From assembly GCA_038087875.1 (NCBI GenBank), contig CM075990.1:13518001-13578000 (forward strand): 60,000 nt of DNA, in the 5' to 3' direction. Made by a program: the position numbers and the translations under genes. This stretch comes from Malacoraja senta (Eukaryota). Below the pieces are notes generated by a model. The model was not told where the DNA came from. It was given only the letters and a program-made list of their open reading frames with translations, and did no database searches. Below, piece after piece: positions 49,426-60,000 of the stretch (the first letter of the stretch is position 1; the number at the start of each line of letters is the position of its first letter).

Positions 49426-50292
49426 AGTTGGATATATTTACTATTTTCCATTTAAGTTTTGCCTTATTTGAATTTTATGGATGTTTGGAAAGGGATATTT
49501 GTATCCTTAATTTGAGTACCAACATATTGATTTTAAATTTAACTAATCTATTGGACACTGATCAGCTTATTTGATCTGGCTGGATCCCGACTTAATCTGA
49601 TATTGAAATACTAACCAGCATAGTTTGAGAGAAACAAGAAGCTGTGTATAACTGGCACGATTCCCACAGATGTAGACATATTAGGAGTCTTGTTGCATTA
49701 AACTTGACTGGATGTTTTTTCACATTGAGCACAGGAATCGTAAAACTGGGTACCTGTCACAAGGGAATGGACGCTGGCCAACCCTAGTGCCTTACTTAGG
49801 GGGGTCAGGGTAAGCAGATCCTCTTGACCCATATAGAAAGATAATATTCTTTCTTGGTGTACAATGTGCCTGAGAGCTAATGCGGAAACATGTGAAGGTT
49901 AGTGAACGTGCTTATCCCCTACTCTGATGCAACACTATAGTCAAGTACTTTGCTTTGCCATAATGTTGTTAAATGTATGTGCTTTCTTGTGCTATTCTAA
50001 GTATAATACATTTAGTAACTACCTTGAAAATTTTCCTCATGCAATTTGTTAGGATAATGATGAACATAAGAAAATAGGAGCAAGAGTAGGCTTTCAAACC
50101 TGCTCTGCCATTCAATATGATCATGGCTTATCTATCTTGTCTGTGCCTGTTCCTCAAAACCTGAATTCCCTCATCTTTCAAAAATGTTATCTCCTCCTTG
50201 AATTCCTCAAATGATCCAGCTTCCTCAGCACTCTGGGATAGAAAATTCTGGAATCTCAGAGAATCCTCACATGATTCAACCTGGCTTGTTTG

Positions 50293-50390
50293 GTCTGAAG
50301 AAGAGTCTCGACCTGAAACGTCACCCATTCCTTCTCTCCAGAGATGCTGTCTGTCCCGCTGAATTACTCCAGCTTTTTGTATCTATCTTT
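50293..50390 (+). repeat. Penelope-derived solo 3' module
   Basis: ggtctgaagaagagtctcgacctgaaacgtcacccattcc. Confidence 0.8.
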
Positions 50391-52199
50391 GTTTAGTAAT
50401 ACTTTGACCACTGAGTAGAAAACATAGTTTTAATGCACTATTCTAGGACCAACGCATAGTGTAGGCCGAGACCAGTGCCATGTTGATGGAGCTCTTGCAT
50501 CTTCAGATGAGGTAATGAACTCTGCTCCATCTTGTTTACCCTTGAGGTTCAGATGAATGTTAAAGGTCTTGAAGTACTTTGAAATAGGGCATTATTTAGT
50601 CATTTATCAAATGAAGTTGTTGCAGTAAACGGCACCATTTATTTTCATATTTACATTCCTAATTGGTCACACACCAAGGAGTCAACCACATCGCTGGATG
50701 TGGAGTTACATATAATCAAATATAGGGAAGGGATCGGTGATTTCCTTCCCTCAGGAACATTAATGAAACAGATGAGTTTTTGCAACCACCCAATAGTTTC
50801 AAGGTTACTGCCACTAAGATTAGCTTTAATTCCAACTATGTTCAATTAATTGAACTTAAATTCCCCAGTTGCCATTGTGGCATTCAAACACATGTCTCTG
50901 GATCAACAGTTCAGAACTCCTGCTGTTGTGGCAGTCATTTTACTATTGTTTTGCCATGTAACATTATCGAAAATTAAGCAGTTTTAAATTTTAAATTGAA
51001 AGTTGACCTAGCATCAGGTGTATTTGCAAAAGATTTCCCCTAAATTTCAGCTAATAATTTCTATTCAGAAATATTACCAAAAGCTTTCTGGAAGCTTAAA
51101 TCAATTATATTCATAGATTGTCCCTATCCAACAGTTGGATATTTTGTAAAAAAAAAATGCAGTCAAGTTCAACAATTGATCTGGTGACATCATTTACTGA
51201 ATATGCTCCTGAGCAATGCTATTATTACAAAACTGGTGAATTGAACCCTATGTTTTAGGTGAATTGAACTTTTCACACGCCCATTCTCCAATTGCCAATC
51301 ATGTAGTGGTCTGTTGATTCATTGGGTTGTGAGGTCATTCTCACCCCTGCACTATCTGTGGCATTTCAACAAGTCCCATTGTCTTTTTCCTGTTTCCCAA
51401 CGCTGAGTCCACTAAACGTGTGACCAGCGTCAATTATCTTCTATATATGTGACTATCTTCAATTATACAGTGTTTATTATCCTCTTTCTTTCTACAGTGA
51501 CAATTATACTCTATGATGAATGTGATCATTACAATAAATCAACGGCAAAGGGCCAGATATTAAGGCTTTATTCAGACAGTGACTTTTATGGTTTCAGGAA
51601 AAATGAGTTTGCGCTTAATCTGATTCTCTGGGACACAAGTCTGGAGCACAGAAATGCCAATAATTCACCACTAATTGAAGAATGGCACATTTGTGTAGGA
51701 GGTGATTCTCTTTAGGTTTCAAGCTGGTTTTTTCTAGGGGTGCTTTGTGAGGGTTTTTTTTGGTGATATTTGAATACTCGATCAATGTATTGCAAGCCTC
51801 AAACAGAAGATTGGCTACTAATTTCATAAATGTACATGTCAAAGTGTTATAACTTAATATTTTGGCTTTGAAATGAGAGAAATCAAGCCACCAAAGCCAC
51901 CCGTGAATGTGTCTAAAACATTTGAGCATTATCCATCTGTGATTTACAATTGTTTATTTTAATTAGTGCTAAATTAAGACTAGTTGTATGCTGGAGTTGC
52001 TGATGTACTCTTTTAGTATTTGAGCTTCCTTATTGGGAACAGGGACCAATGCATTAAATTAAAAAAAAAAAGTATATACTTAAACATGGCAACCTGGAGA
52101 TTCTGTTAGGGTGTAATAGTTTGTCTAACAGAAATGGAGACATTTCAGCCAAAGGTGCAGCAAGCAATTTGACTATCTGTTGGATTTCTGGGAGGATAT

Positions 52200-53160
52200 G
52201 ACCTGTAGACTATATAAGGGAGGAAAATTAGATGTCATGTATTTGGAATTGTCTGGAGGGGTATTGCAGAGATTGCTGCTCAAGCCCCAGCTACTTACAA
52301 TCTATGCTAAGAATTTGTTTGAAGATAAAGGTTCGTAAGTATAAACTCAGTAGGGGTGTGAGCACAGTGGAGGATTCAAGGGACTGTGGGGAAACCAATT
52401 GAGTGGGCGAGAATAATGCGTATTGAACATGATGTGGAAAAATGTGAAATCATCCACACTGGAGAATAAACCAGCAGAGTATTTGTAAATTGACGTGAAG
52501 TTAGTTAGTATTGATGTTCAAATGGACCTGGGTCTGTACATATGTCACTGAAAGCCAACATGCAAATACAAACAGCAGTTTGAAGGCAGATGGTAGGCTG
52601 TGCAACTCTATCAAACCCTTTATAATGAAAGGGTTTGAATACAAGAGTAAAGACATTTGATTGCAATTGTATTAAGCTTTGGTGGTTTACCTGTGGTAGT
52701 GTGTATACTTTTGACCTCATTACCAAGAAAGGATTCATTTGCCCCGGAGGGTGTACAATAAAGATCTAATGGGCAGGTTCTAGTGAAAGAGGGTTGTTAT
52801 AAGAAGTGATTGAGTAGACCGAACTGTATTATTTATTGTTTACAAGAATGAGAGAGATATCACAGAACGTTAAATGTATAAAGGCCACGGAGAATCTTTC
52901 TCTTGATTGATGAGTCTTATACCAGGGACTACATTTTGAGAAATGTTTATGACTGAGGTGAGAAGGATTTCTTCACGAATCTTTGATATTCTCCACTCCA
53001 TGGCTGTGGATGCTCTGTTAGTTTAATTTAAAACATAGATTGATAGAGTTAAGGGACGTGAGGGCAGTGCTAGAAAATGGTGCTGAAGTGGAACATCAGC
53101 CACTATCTTGATGAATAGTGGATCAAGCTTGATGGCCTACTCCTACTCATATTTCTTCTG
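52200..53160 (+). mobile_element. Highly degenerate CR1
   Basis: aatgtgaaatcatccac, gaatacaagagtaaaga, tggcctactcctactc 3' end. Confidence 0.6.
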
Positions 53161-53700
53161 TTCAAAATCTACATCCAATGCCAATCATGCTTCCATCATC
53201 CATTACGTGGTGACTCTGCCCACAAAACTGGCCACACATTCAGACTGAACATTTACTCTGGCAAGTTTCTGATAATTACACTGCGAGAGGCTCGTTCAGC
53301 CTGTTATTGAAATGCAAAGACACCTTTTAAACAACACCATTAAAAACTATTTATTTTCTCAGAAACTATCTTCAATAAAATTTGTCAATGATCCTGTGTA
53401 AATTTTGCGGTAAACCTATTTTAACCTCTAGTACATTAACAGTTCAGCATCAAGTGAATGGAAGGATATAGCATGGAAACAGATCCTTCAGCCCATCAAG
53501 ACCACACTGACCATTGACCACCCATTTATACTAATCCCACACTAATCCTGTTTTTTACCTTCCCACATTCTCATCAACCACCCCTCCCGATACGATTTTA
53601 TTTGAGCTGACATTTGAGTAAACCATTCTTTGAGGAAAATTAGCCTAATTTGCACCAGACTACTAATTGTACTCGCAGCAGATCTTCCATTTCGATATGA

Positions 53701-54362
53701 CACATAGAAACATAGAAACATAGAAATTAGGTGCAGGAGTAGGCCATTCGGCCCTTCGAGCCTGCACCACCATTCAATATGATCATGGCTGATCATCCAA
53801 CTCAGTATCCCGTACCTGCCTTCTCTCCATACCCTCTGATCCCTTTAGCCACAAGGGCCACATCTAACTCCCTCTTAAATATAGCCAATGAACTGGCCTC
53901 GACTACCCTCTGTGGCAGAGAGTTCCAGAGATTCACCCCTCTCTGTGTGAAAAAAGTTCTTCTCATCTCGGTTTTAAAGGATTTCCCCCTTATCCTTAAG
54001 CTGTGACCCCTTGTCCTGGACTTCCCCAACATCGGGAGCAATCTTCCTGCATCTAGCCTGTCCAACCCCTTAAGCATTTTGTACGTTTCTATAAGATCCC
54101 CTCTCAATCTCCTAAATTCTAGAGAGTATAAACCAAGTCTATCCAGTCTTTCTTCATAAGACAGTCCTGACATCCCAGGAATCAGTCTGGTGAACCTTCT
54201 CTGCACTCCCTCTATGGCTATAATGTCCTTCCTCAGATTTGGAGACCAAAACTGTACGCAATACTCCAGGTGTGGTCTCACCAAGACCCTGTACAACTGC
54301 AGTAGAACCTCCCTGCTCCTATACTCAAATCATTTTACTATGAAAGCTAACATACCATTCGC
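53701..54362 (-). mobile_element. Young CR1 (HER1-like) 5'-truncated copy
   Basis: YRVLVRPHLEYCVQFWSP...RRLRGDLIETYKML...WNSLPQRVV; (catagaaa)n tail. Confidence 0.92.
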
Positions 54363-54409
54363 TACGATACGATATGATAGAACTTTATTTATCCCAGGAG
54401 AGAAATTGA

Positions 54410-54880
54410 ACTCAATCAATCAAAACTTTATTGTCATTGAGAAATACATCAATAAATGCAATTCTGAACAAAATTTCGTTGCATCTGGCTCCCCGTGCAA
54501 CACAAAATAACAGAAGGATAAAATGGATAAAAAGATAAAGTAGATAATGGTGGCGGCACATTACATGGCATTCAAGAGTCTGATGGCTCGGGGGAAGAAG
54601 CTGTTGCAAAACCTGCTCCTTTTACTACGATATCTTTTGCCCGAGGGCAGCAGAGTGAAGAGTCCATGATGGACTGTTCTTTATAATACTGCTGGCCTTA
54701 GACAAGCAACGTTTGCACGCAATGTCCCCGATTGAGGGAAGAGAAGTCCCGATGGTTTTTTCAGCCGTCCTCACCACTCTCTGCACGGACTTCCAGTTGG
54801 AGGCTTTACCGTCCCCAAACCAGACAGGGATGCAGCTGGTCAACATGCTCTCTCTGGTGCCCCTATGGAAAGTGGTAGAA
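54410..54880 (-). mobile_element. Second Rex1/Babar 3' fragment
   Basis: FHRGTRESMLTSCIPVWFG...QRVVRTAEKTIG; (gatt)n tail. Confidence 0.78.
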
Positions 54881-55075
54881 ACTGCCAACAGTCATAAAAA
54901 CACAAAATACATGAAACATGAAATGAAAATGACGAGTGGAAAGGTGGAATGGCTTGGGGAATGTGAAAAGATGGGGGGGGGGGGGGGGGAGGAGTCAGTC
55001 TCAGTCGACCCCATGACAGAAGGGGGAGGAGTTGTACAGTTTGATAGCCACAGGGAAGAAGGATCTTCTGTGACC

Positions 55076-56104
55076 CACATACAACTGACTGACTTCATCC
55101 GCTTCACCACCAACTTCCATCCGGCACTCAAATACACCTGGACCATTTCCGACACTTCCCTACCATTCCTTGACCTCACTATCTCCATCGCAGGTGATAG
55201 ACTCCTTACCGACATCCACTACAAACCTACCGACTCCCATGGCTATCTGGACTACACTTCTTCCCACCCTGCTTCCTGTAAGGACTCCATCCCCCACTCC
55301 CAATTCCTCCGTCTACGCCGCATCTGCTCCCAGGATGAGGCGTTCCACACCAGGGCATCTGAAATGTCCTCATTCTTCAGGGAACGGGGGTTCCCCTCCT
55401 CCACCATAGATGAGGCTCGCACCAGGGTCTCTGCCATACCCCGCAACACTGCTCTCTCTCCCCATCCCCCCACTCACAACAAAGGCAGAGTCCCCCTAGT
55501 CCTCACCTTTCACCCCACCAGCCGTCACATACAACAAGTGATCCTCCGTCAGTTTCGCCACCTCCAACGTGACCCCACCACTCGCCACATCTTCCCATCT
55601 CCCCCTATGTCTGCCTTCCGCAAAGACCGCTCCCTCCGTAACTCCCTTGTCAATTCTTCCCTTCCCTCCCATACCACCCCCTCCCCTGGTGCTTTCCCTT
55701 GCAACCGCAAGAGATGCAACGCTTGTCCCTTCACTTCCCCCCTCCACTCCATTCAAGGACCCAAGCAGTCGTTCCAGGTGCGACAGAGGTTCACCTGCAT
55801 CTCCTCCAACCTCATCTATTGCATTCGCTGCTCTAGATGCCAGCTGATCTACATCGGTGAGACCAAGCGGAGGCTTGGCGATCGTTTCGCCGAACACCTC
55901 CGGTCGGTCCGCAATAACCAACCTGAACTCCCGGTGGCTCAGCACTTCAACTCCCCCTCCCATTCCGTATCTGACCTCTCTGTCCTGGGTCTCCTCCATG
56001 GCCACAGCGAGCAACACCGTAAATTGGAGGAAATGCACCTCATATTCCGCTTGGGCAGTCTACATCCTGGGGGCTTGAACATTGAATTCTCCCAATTCTG
56101 CTAG
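55076..56104 (+). CDS. Penelope RT C-terminus/thumb + Cys linker + GIY-YIG endonuclease (open, N-truncated)
   Basis: LPFLDLTI, HYKPTDSHGYLDYTSSHP, CNRKRCNAC, NLIYCIRC..C..IYIGETKRRLGDRFAEH, GLNIE. Confidence 0.92.
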   Translation, partial: HIQLTDFIRFTTNFHPALKYTWTISDTSLPFLDLTISIAGDRLLTDIHYKPTDSHGYLDYTSSHPASCKDSIPHSQFLRLRRICSQDEAFHTRASEMSSFFRERGFPSSTIDEARTRVSAIPRNTALSPHPPTHNKGRVPLVLTFHPTSRHIQQVILRQFRHLQRDPTTRHIFPSPPMSAFRKDRSLRNSLVNSSLPSHTTPSPGAFPCNRKRCNACPFTSPLHSIQGPKQSFQVRQRFTCISSNLIYCIRCSRCQLIYIGETKRRLGDRFAEHLRSVRNNQPELPVAQHFNSPSHSVSDLSVLGLLHGHSEQHRKLEEMHLIFRLGSLHPGGLNIEFSQFC

Positions 56105-56218
56105 CCCTGGCTGTCCCCTCCCCTTCATCAGCCATCTGGTTGTCCCCTCCCCTCCCCCAGCCCTCGGGCTCCTCCTCCGCCTTTTCCTTTTTTCCTTTCT
56201 TCTCCCCACCCCCTATCA

Positions 56219-56250
56219 GTCTGAAGAAGGGTTTCGGCCCGAAACGTTAC
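56219..56250 (+). ncRNA. Minimal hammerhead ribozyme motif in the Penelope 3' repeat
   Basis: CUGAAGA-A-[GGGU-UUCG-GCCC]-GAAA-CG-UU; palindromic ACGU stem III; stem I only about 2 bp. Confidence 0.65.
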
Positions 56251-56481
56251 CTATTTCCTTCGCTCCATAGATGCTGCTGCACCCGCTGAGTTTCTCCAGC
56301 ATTTTTGTGTACCTTCGATTTTCCAGCATCTGCAGTTCCTTCTTTAACATTCTGTGACCTTCTGTCCTGCATCTTGGTGGAACCAGTCTGTAGCTGAAGG
56401 TACCCCTCAGGTTGACCAGCGTGTCATGGAGGGGGTGAGCTGTATTGTCCACGATGCTCCTTGTGATTGTAGCCCCCTGAG

Positions 56482-56962
56482 TGTTGAGTCAAGTTGAGTT
56501 GAGTTTATTGTTATGTGCACAAGAATGGTGAGGCACAAGTACAGAACCTTGCTTCCAGCAGCATCACAGGCACATAGACCCACACAAATTATACATGCAA
56601 AGAAGACTATGCAAAAACACAAGACATCGGTGCAAAAACACATCCATGGTAGTACATGAAGTGGACTGTAGTATTCTCCTGTCAAGGTTGGGTTAGGATT
56701 GTGCAGGGTGATTTAAGAACCTGATAGTTGTCGGAAAGTAGCTGAACCTGCTGGTTTGGGACTTCAGACCTCTGTACCTACTGCATGATGGTAGGATAGC
56801 ATCACATAGCCTGGATGCTGTTGATCCTTAATGATAGATACCACCTTCTTGAGACACCACCTTATGTAGATGCTTTCGACGGAGGGGACGGTTGTGTGCG
56901 GGATGGATTGAGCTGAGTCCACTGCTCTGTGCAGCCTTTTGCATTCCTGTGCAGTGGAATTG
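56482..56962 (-). mobile_element. Degenerate Rex1/Babar 3' fragment
   Basis: (ctcaa)n tail, gatggattgagctgagtccac, cagccttttgcattcctgtgcag. Confidence 0.7.
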
Positions 56963-57009
56963 ACTTATGTAATTCCCTGTACGCTTGTGTAATTCCCTGC
57001 TTCAAAGGG

Positions 57010-57200
57010 ATAGCACAGTGGTGCAGCAGTTAGTGCTGCTGCCTCCCAGCTCGAGGGACCCAGGTTTGATTCTGATCCCAGGTGCTCTCTGTGCAGAGCT
57101 TGCATGCTCCCTCTGTGACTACATGGATGCTCTGATTTCCTTCCACATCCCAAAGATATGTGGGTCGCTTAATTGGCTAGTGTAAATTATCCCTAAATGT
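57010..57200 (+). mobile_element. Degenerate tRNA-derived SINE
   Basis: gcacagtggtgcagcagttag...ggtttgattc...gcagagcttgcatgctcc. Confidence 0.7.
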
Positions 57201-57353
57201 AGATTAATGTCAGAACCAAAGGGGAATTGTGGGGGTGCGTGATTGTGGCACAGTAGGCAGACCTCTTGCCTTGTCAGCTCCAGTGTTCTGTTTTCATTCC
57301 TTAGTTCAAGTGCTGCCTGGAGTTCGTACATTCTCCCTGTGATCCATGGGTAT

Positions 57354-57720
57354 TAGAACATAGAACGGTACAGCACAGGACAGGCCCTTCGGCCCACAAT
57401 GTTTGTGCCGAACATGATGCCAGGTTAAACTGATCTCTTCTGACTACACATGATCGATATCCCTCTATTCCTTGCACTTCCATGTGCCGACCTAAAAGGC
57501 TCTTAAACACCACTATCGTATCTGCCTCCACCACGACCGCTGCCAATACGTTCCAGGCCCCCACCACTCTCTGCGTAATAAAAAACATGTTCTGCACATC
57601 TCCATAGACTTTCCCCCTCTCACATAGCTAATCCCTCTAATATTGGACATTTCCACCATGGGAAAATAAATCTGACTGTCTACCCTATCTATGCCTCTCA
57701 TAATTTTATATACTTCTATC
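57354..57720 (-). mobile_element. CR1 3' fragment
   Basis: FFITQRVVGAWNVL..VVEADT; acaggcccttcggcccac tail. Confidence 0.8.
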
Positions 57721-59461
57721 GTCTTCCCTTAACCTTTGAAGTTCCTCAGTTTCTCTTGTTTCTTCCCACATTCCAAATATTTGCTGTCTGGTTGGATTAT
57801 TGTATCCCCTGGTGTGAATACTTGGGGTTAGGGGGGGGTCATTGGCGCATAAGAGTGTAAGTACGGGAAATAAGGGAAGGGATAGGATTGATGGGACTGC
57901 TCAGACAGCTGGCGTAGCCTTGTTGGGCTGATGAGATAAGATAATCATTGACACTGGCAATAGCATGCCCTTGCAGGAGGGAGAGACAGTCATCCATCAA
58001 TAAACCTAATCATCACCACTAATTCATTACTCACCCCGCGCTTCAAATGTTCTTTAAATCTGCTTGATGTTTAACATATTTAGTAGACTTTGGACATTAT
58101 GAAGTCATATTTGAAAGCATGTGGGTGGGGATCCTTTATATTCCCTTAAATAGGAAATAAATCTAATACAAGCTTTGACCTTCATCTGAACTGTCCTGTA
58201 CAAAGCGAAAGGTACCTGACGTTGCCTCTTGCTCACAAAATGGCACAGGAAAGTTCATTTCCCTAACATTATTACCGTACGCTGTAATGAGGATGAATGC
58301 AGCAAATAATGAGTGAATTGGAGTGCATAGTAAGTGTTAATTGCAACTGCTGAAAAGCAACGGTGGCTTGTAAATTTAATCGGTGCTACTGCAGTCTGCT
58401 TTCCCAAAGGGCGCATTATCTTTCTGTAATCTACACAGCTTGCTCTCCTCTACTCATAGATCCTTGCAGGGGGATTGATGGAAAGGAAGGGCCAGCGTAT
58501 TAAGTTAATGACTTGGGTGGGAGATCAGAGGTGGAAAAATCCATTTCCAGTCAGGGCCTTGATAAGCGGAAACTAAGCATAACAAACGACATGTTTCCCA
58601 GTCTCTTGCTCTTAGCAAAGATTATAGATGAGACAGATAGAACATACAGGGATTTTGAATTCTTCAGTTTAGTTCAAGTATGTCTCTCCTTCCTTTTGAA
58701 CCATTTCAATTAATGGGTAAAATCAGGTATTTTTGATTTGGTTTTAATCTTTTATCAAATATAGCAAATTTCTTTTATAAATGGCAACTAAATTGGTATT
58801 AATAATAAATTATTCCTGCACATTTCAGGTCTGTTGTCGCCTATATTTTTACTACTTGGTTTTTTTTACACTTAAGATACCCAGTCACAGTGTATAGGTT
58901 ACACATTTGTAATCAATGGCTCATTGGAAAGCTGCATTCTTAAAGTAAAATGTTTGGTTAACATTAAAGATATATTGTCACCAATGTTTCTTTGATTTCA
59001 ATGTGCATTAAACTAATGTTTTAAAGTTGGTCTTTGTCATTTCCTCAGTTATTATTGGTAAAAGACAAAAATATTCTAGGCCTATGTTTACATTAGAAAA
59101 CTCATTGTGCATCCTTGTGCACATTGCTAACCCTTAACTCCCCTTACAATACTGGATCTACTGAATATATTGGAATATCTGTGGGATCTTTCTTTATCTC
59201 TATGCCCACTGTTAAGCTTTTCTTCCAAAAATAACCTAGATTTTAAGTTTCCATTTATTTCAGTCATTTTGAAACCAGATGCATTAGTTGCGTAGGGTTT
59301 AAGCTGACTTTCCCACTCCTGTATTTCTCACTGAAATTCAGACTCAACACACAATCTCCCATTCTTTGTTATCTTCCAGGATTTCCCAGCAAAGGAACCA
59401 CTTATCTTTTGTACTTTCTTCCTATAATTTTCAGGTTTTTAAAGAAACAAGGTTCAATCAC

Positions 59462-59565
59462 CTTCTGATGAAAGATCCCTGACCTGAAACATTAACTTTG
59501 TCCTTCTCTCCATGTGAGCTGCCAGACTACTTTTTCAGGCATAGTCTGCTACATTTCAGCATCCG
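59462..59565 (+). repeat. Old Penelope-derived 3' module with CTGATGA core
   Basis: ttCTGATGAaagatccctgacctGAAAcattaac. Confidence 0.6.
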
Positions 59566-60000
59566 GAGTATACTAATTTTGTGTTTGCCCTGATCTATCT
59601 GTCTGAGCAGTCTCTTCAAAGGGAAGTGGGTATCGTCGGTGAAGTGGTCAAGTCATCCAACATGGCCTGAAAGTTTAAAATGGTGGGTATGAAGACCATA
59701 AGCACTGGCAGTGGGTGAGTTATTAAAGAACGATCAGCGTGTGCACTCATAACCAGAGTAAAATAGCAATAGCAGAGGCACTAGGTCAATTTACTGGCAT
59801 ATGTACTGAATCTTTTAGTTTCTCTTGTAATAAATGCCATGAAATCAAAACGTTGAATGCAATATGTGAGTAAATTGGTCAGCTCCTTCTAAAACTGGCA
59901 TGAAGACAAAGGGCTTAATGCTCTTTCTGTGCTCTAAAGTTGATCTTAATGTGAGTTTAGAGGTGGGAGCCAAGATCTTACAAAGAAAGCTCAGCAGTAT

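Larger units (their letters stand above)
55076..56349 (+). mobile_element. 5'-truncated Penelope-like element (Neptune-type)
   Basis: 10-bp TSD ttctgtgacc at 55066-55075 and 56350-56359; open RT C-terminus + GIY-YIG; 3' module. Confidence 0.95.
54364..56460 (-). mobile_element. Rex1/Babar 3' fragment split by two later insertions (54410-54880 and 55076-56349)
   Basis: (tatcg)n-type tail at 54364; MDNTAHPLHDTLVNLRGTFSYRLVPPRCRTE resumes across the Penelope TSD. Confidence 0.7.

Noticed and set aside
51498..51701. Candidate coding exon (TIILYDECDHYNKS...)
   Set aside because: Good acceptor but weak donor (gtgatt) and no recognisable protein; insufficient support. The acceptors near 41210 and 58828 are similarly unsupported
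54713..55075. N-terminal ~120 aa of the 463-aa ORF as part of a real fusion protein
   Set aside because: It lies outside the Penelope TSD and is antisense Rex1 plus a poly-G run, so it is chance read-through

Overview
Eukaryotic, repeat-dominated genomic DNA, mostly intronic or intergenic. The repeat content (HE1/V-SINE-type SINEs, HER1/CR1, Rex1/Babar, Neptune-type Penelope) suggests a cartilaginous fish such as a skate or ray; this is an inference. Two DIRS1-type tyrosine-recombinase retrotransposons lie head-to-head (6120-15135 minus, 27696-31872 plus). Each has the lITR / ICR / rITR architecture, ATT junctions and gag, RT-RNaseH-methyltransferase and YR coding regions. The first holds a 5'-truncated L1 (13-bp TSD), which itself holds a TA-flanked MITE. 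The second has lost its RT core but keeps an intact YR. A young 5'-truncated Penelope (RT C-terminus + GIY-YIG, 10-bp TSD) ends in a minimal hammerhead-ribozyme motif, and more than ten short copies of that 3' module are scattered through the window. Also present: three related TA MITEs, a Helitron-type 3' end, two GC-rich composite non-coding retroposons, many LINE and SINE fragments, and a few small putative host exons (one encodes a likely transmembrane helix) that I could not assign to a gene.
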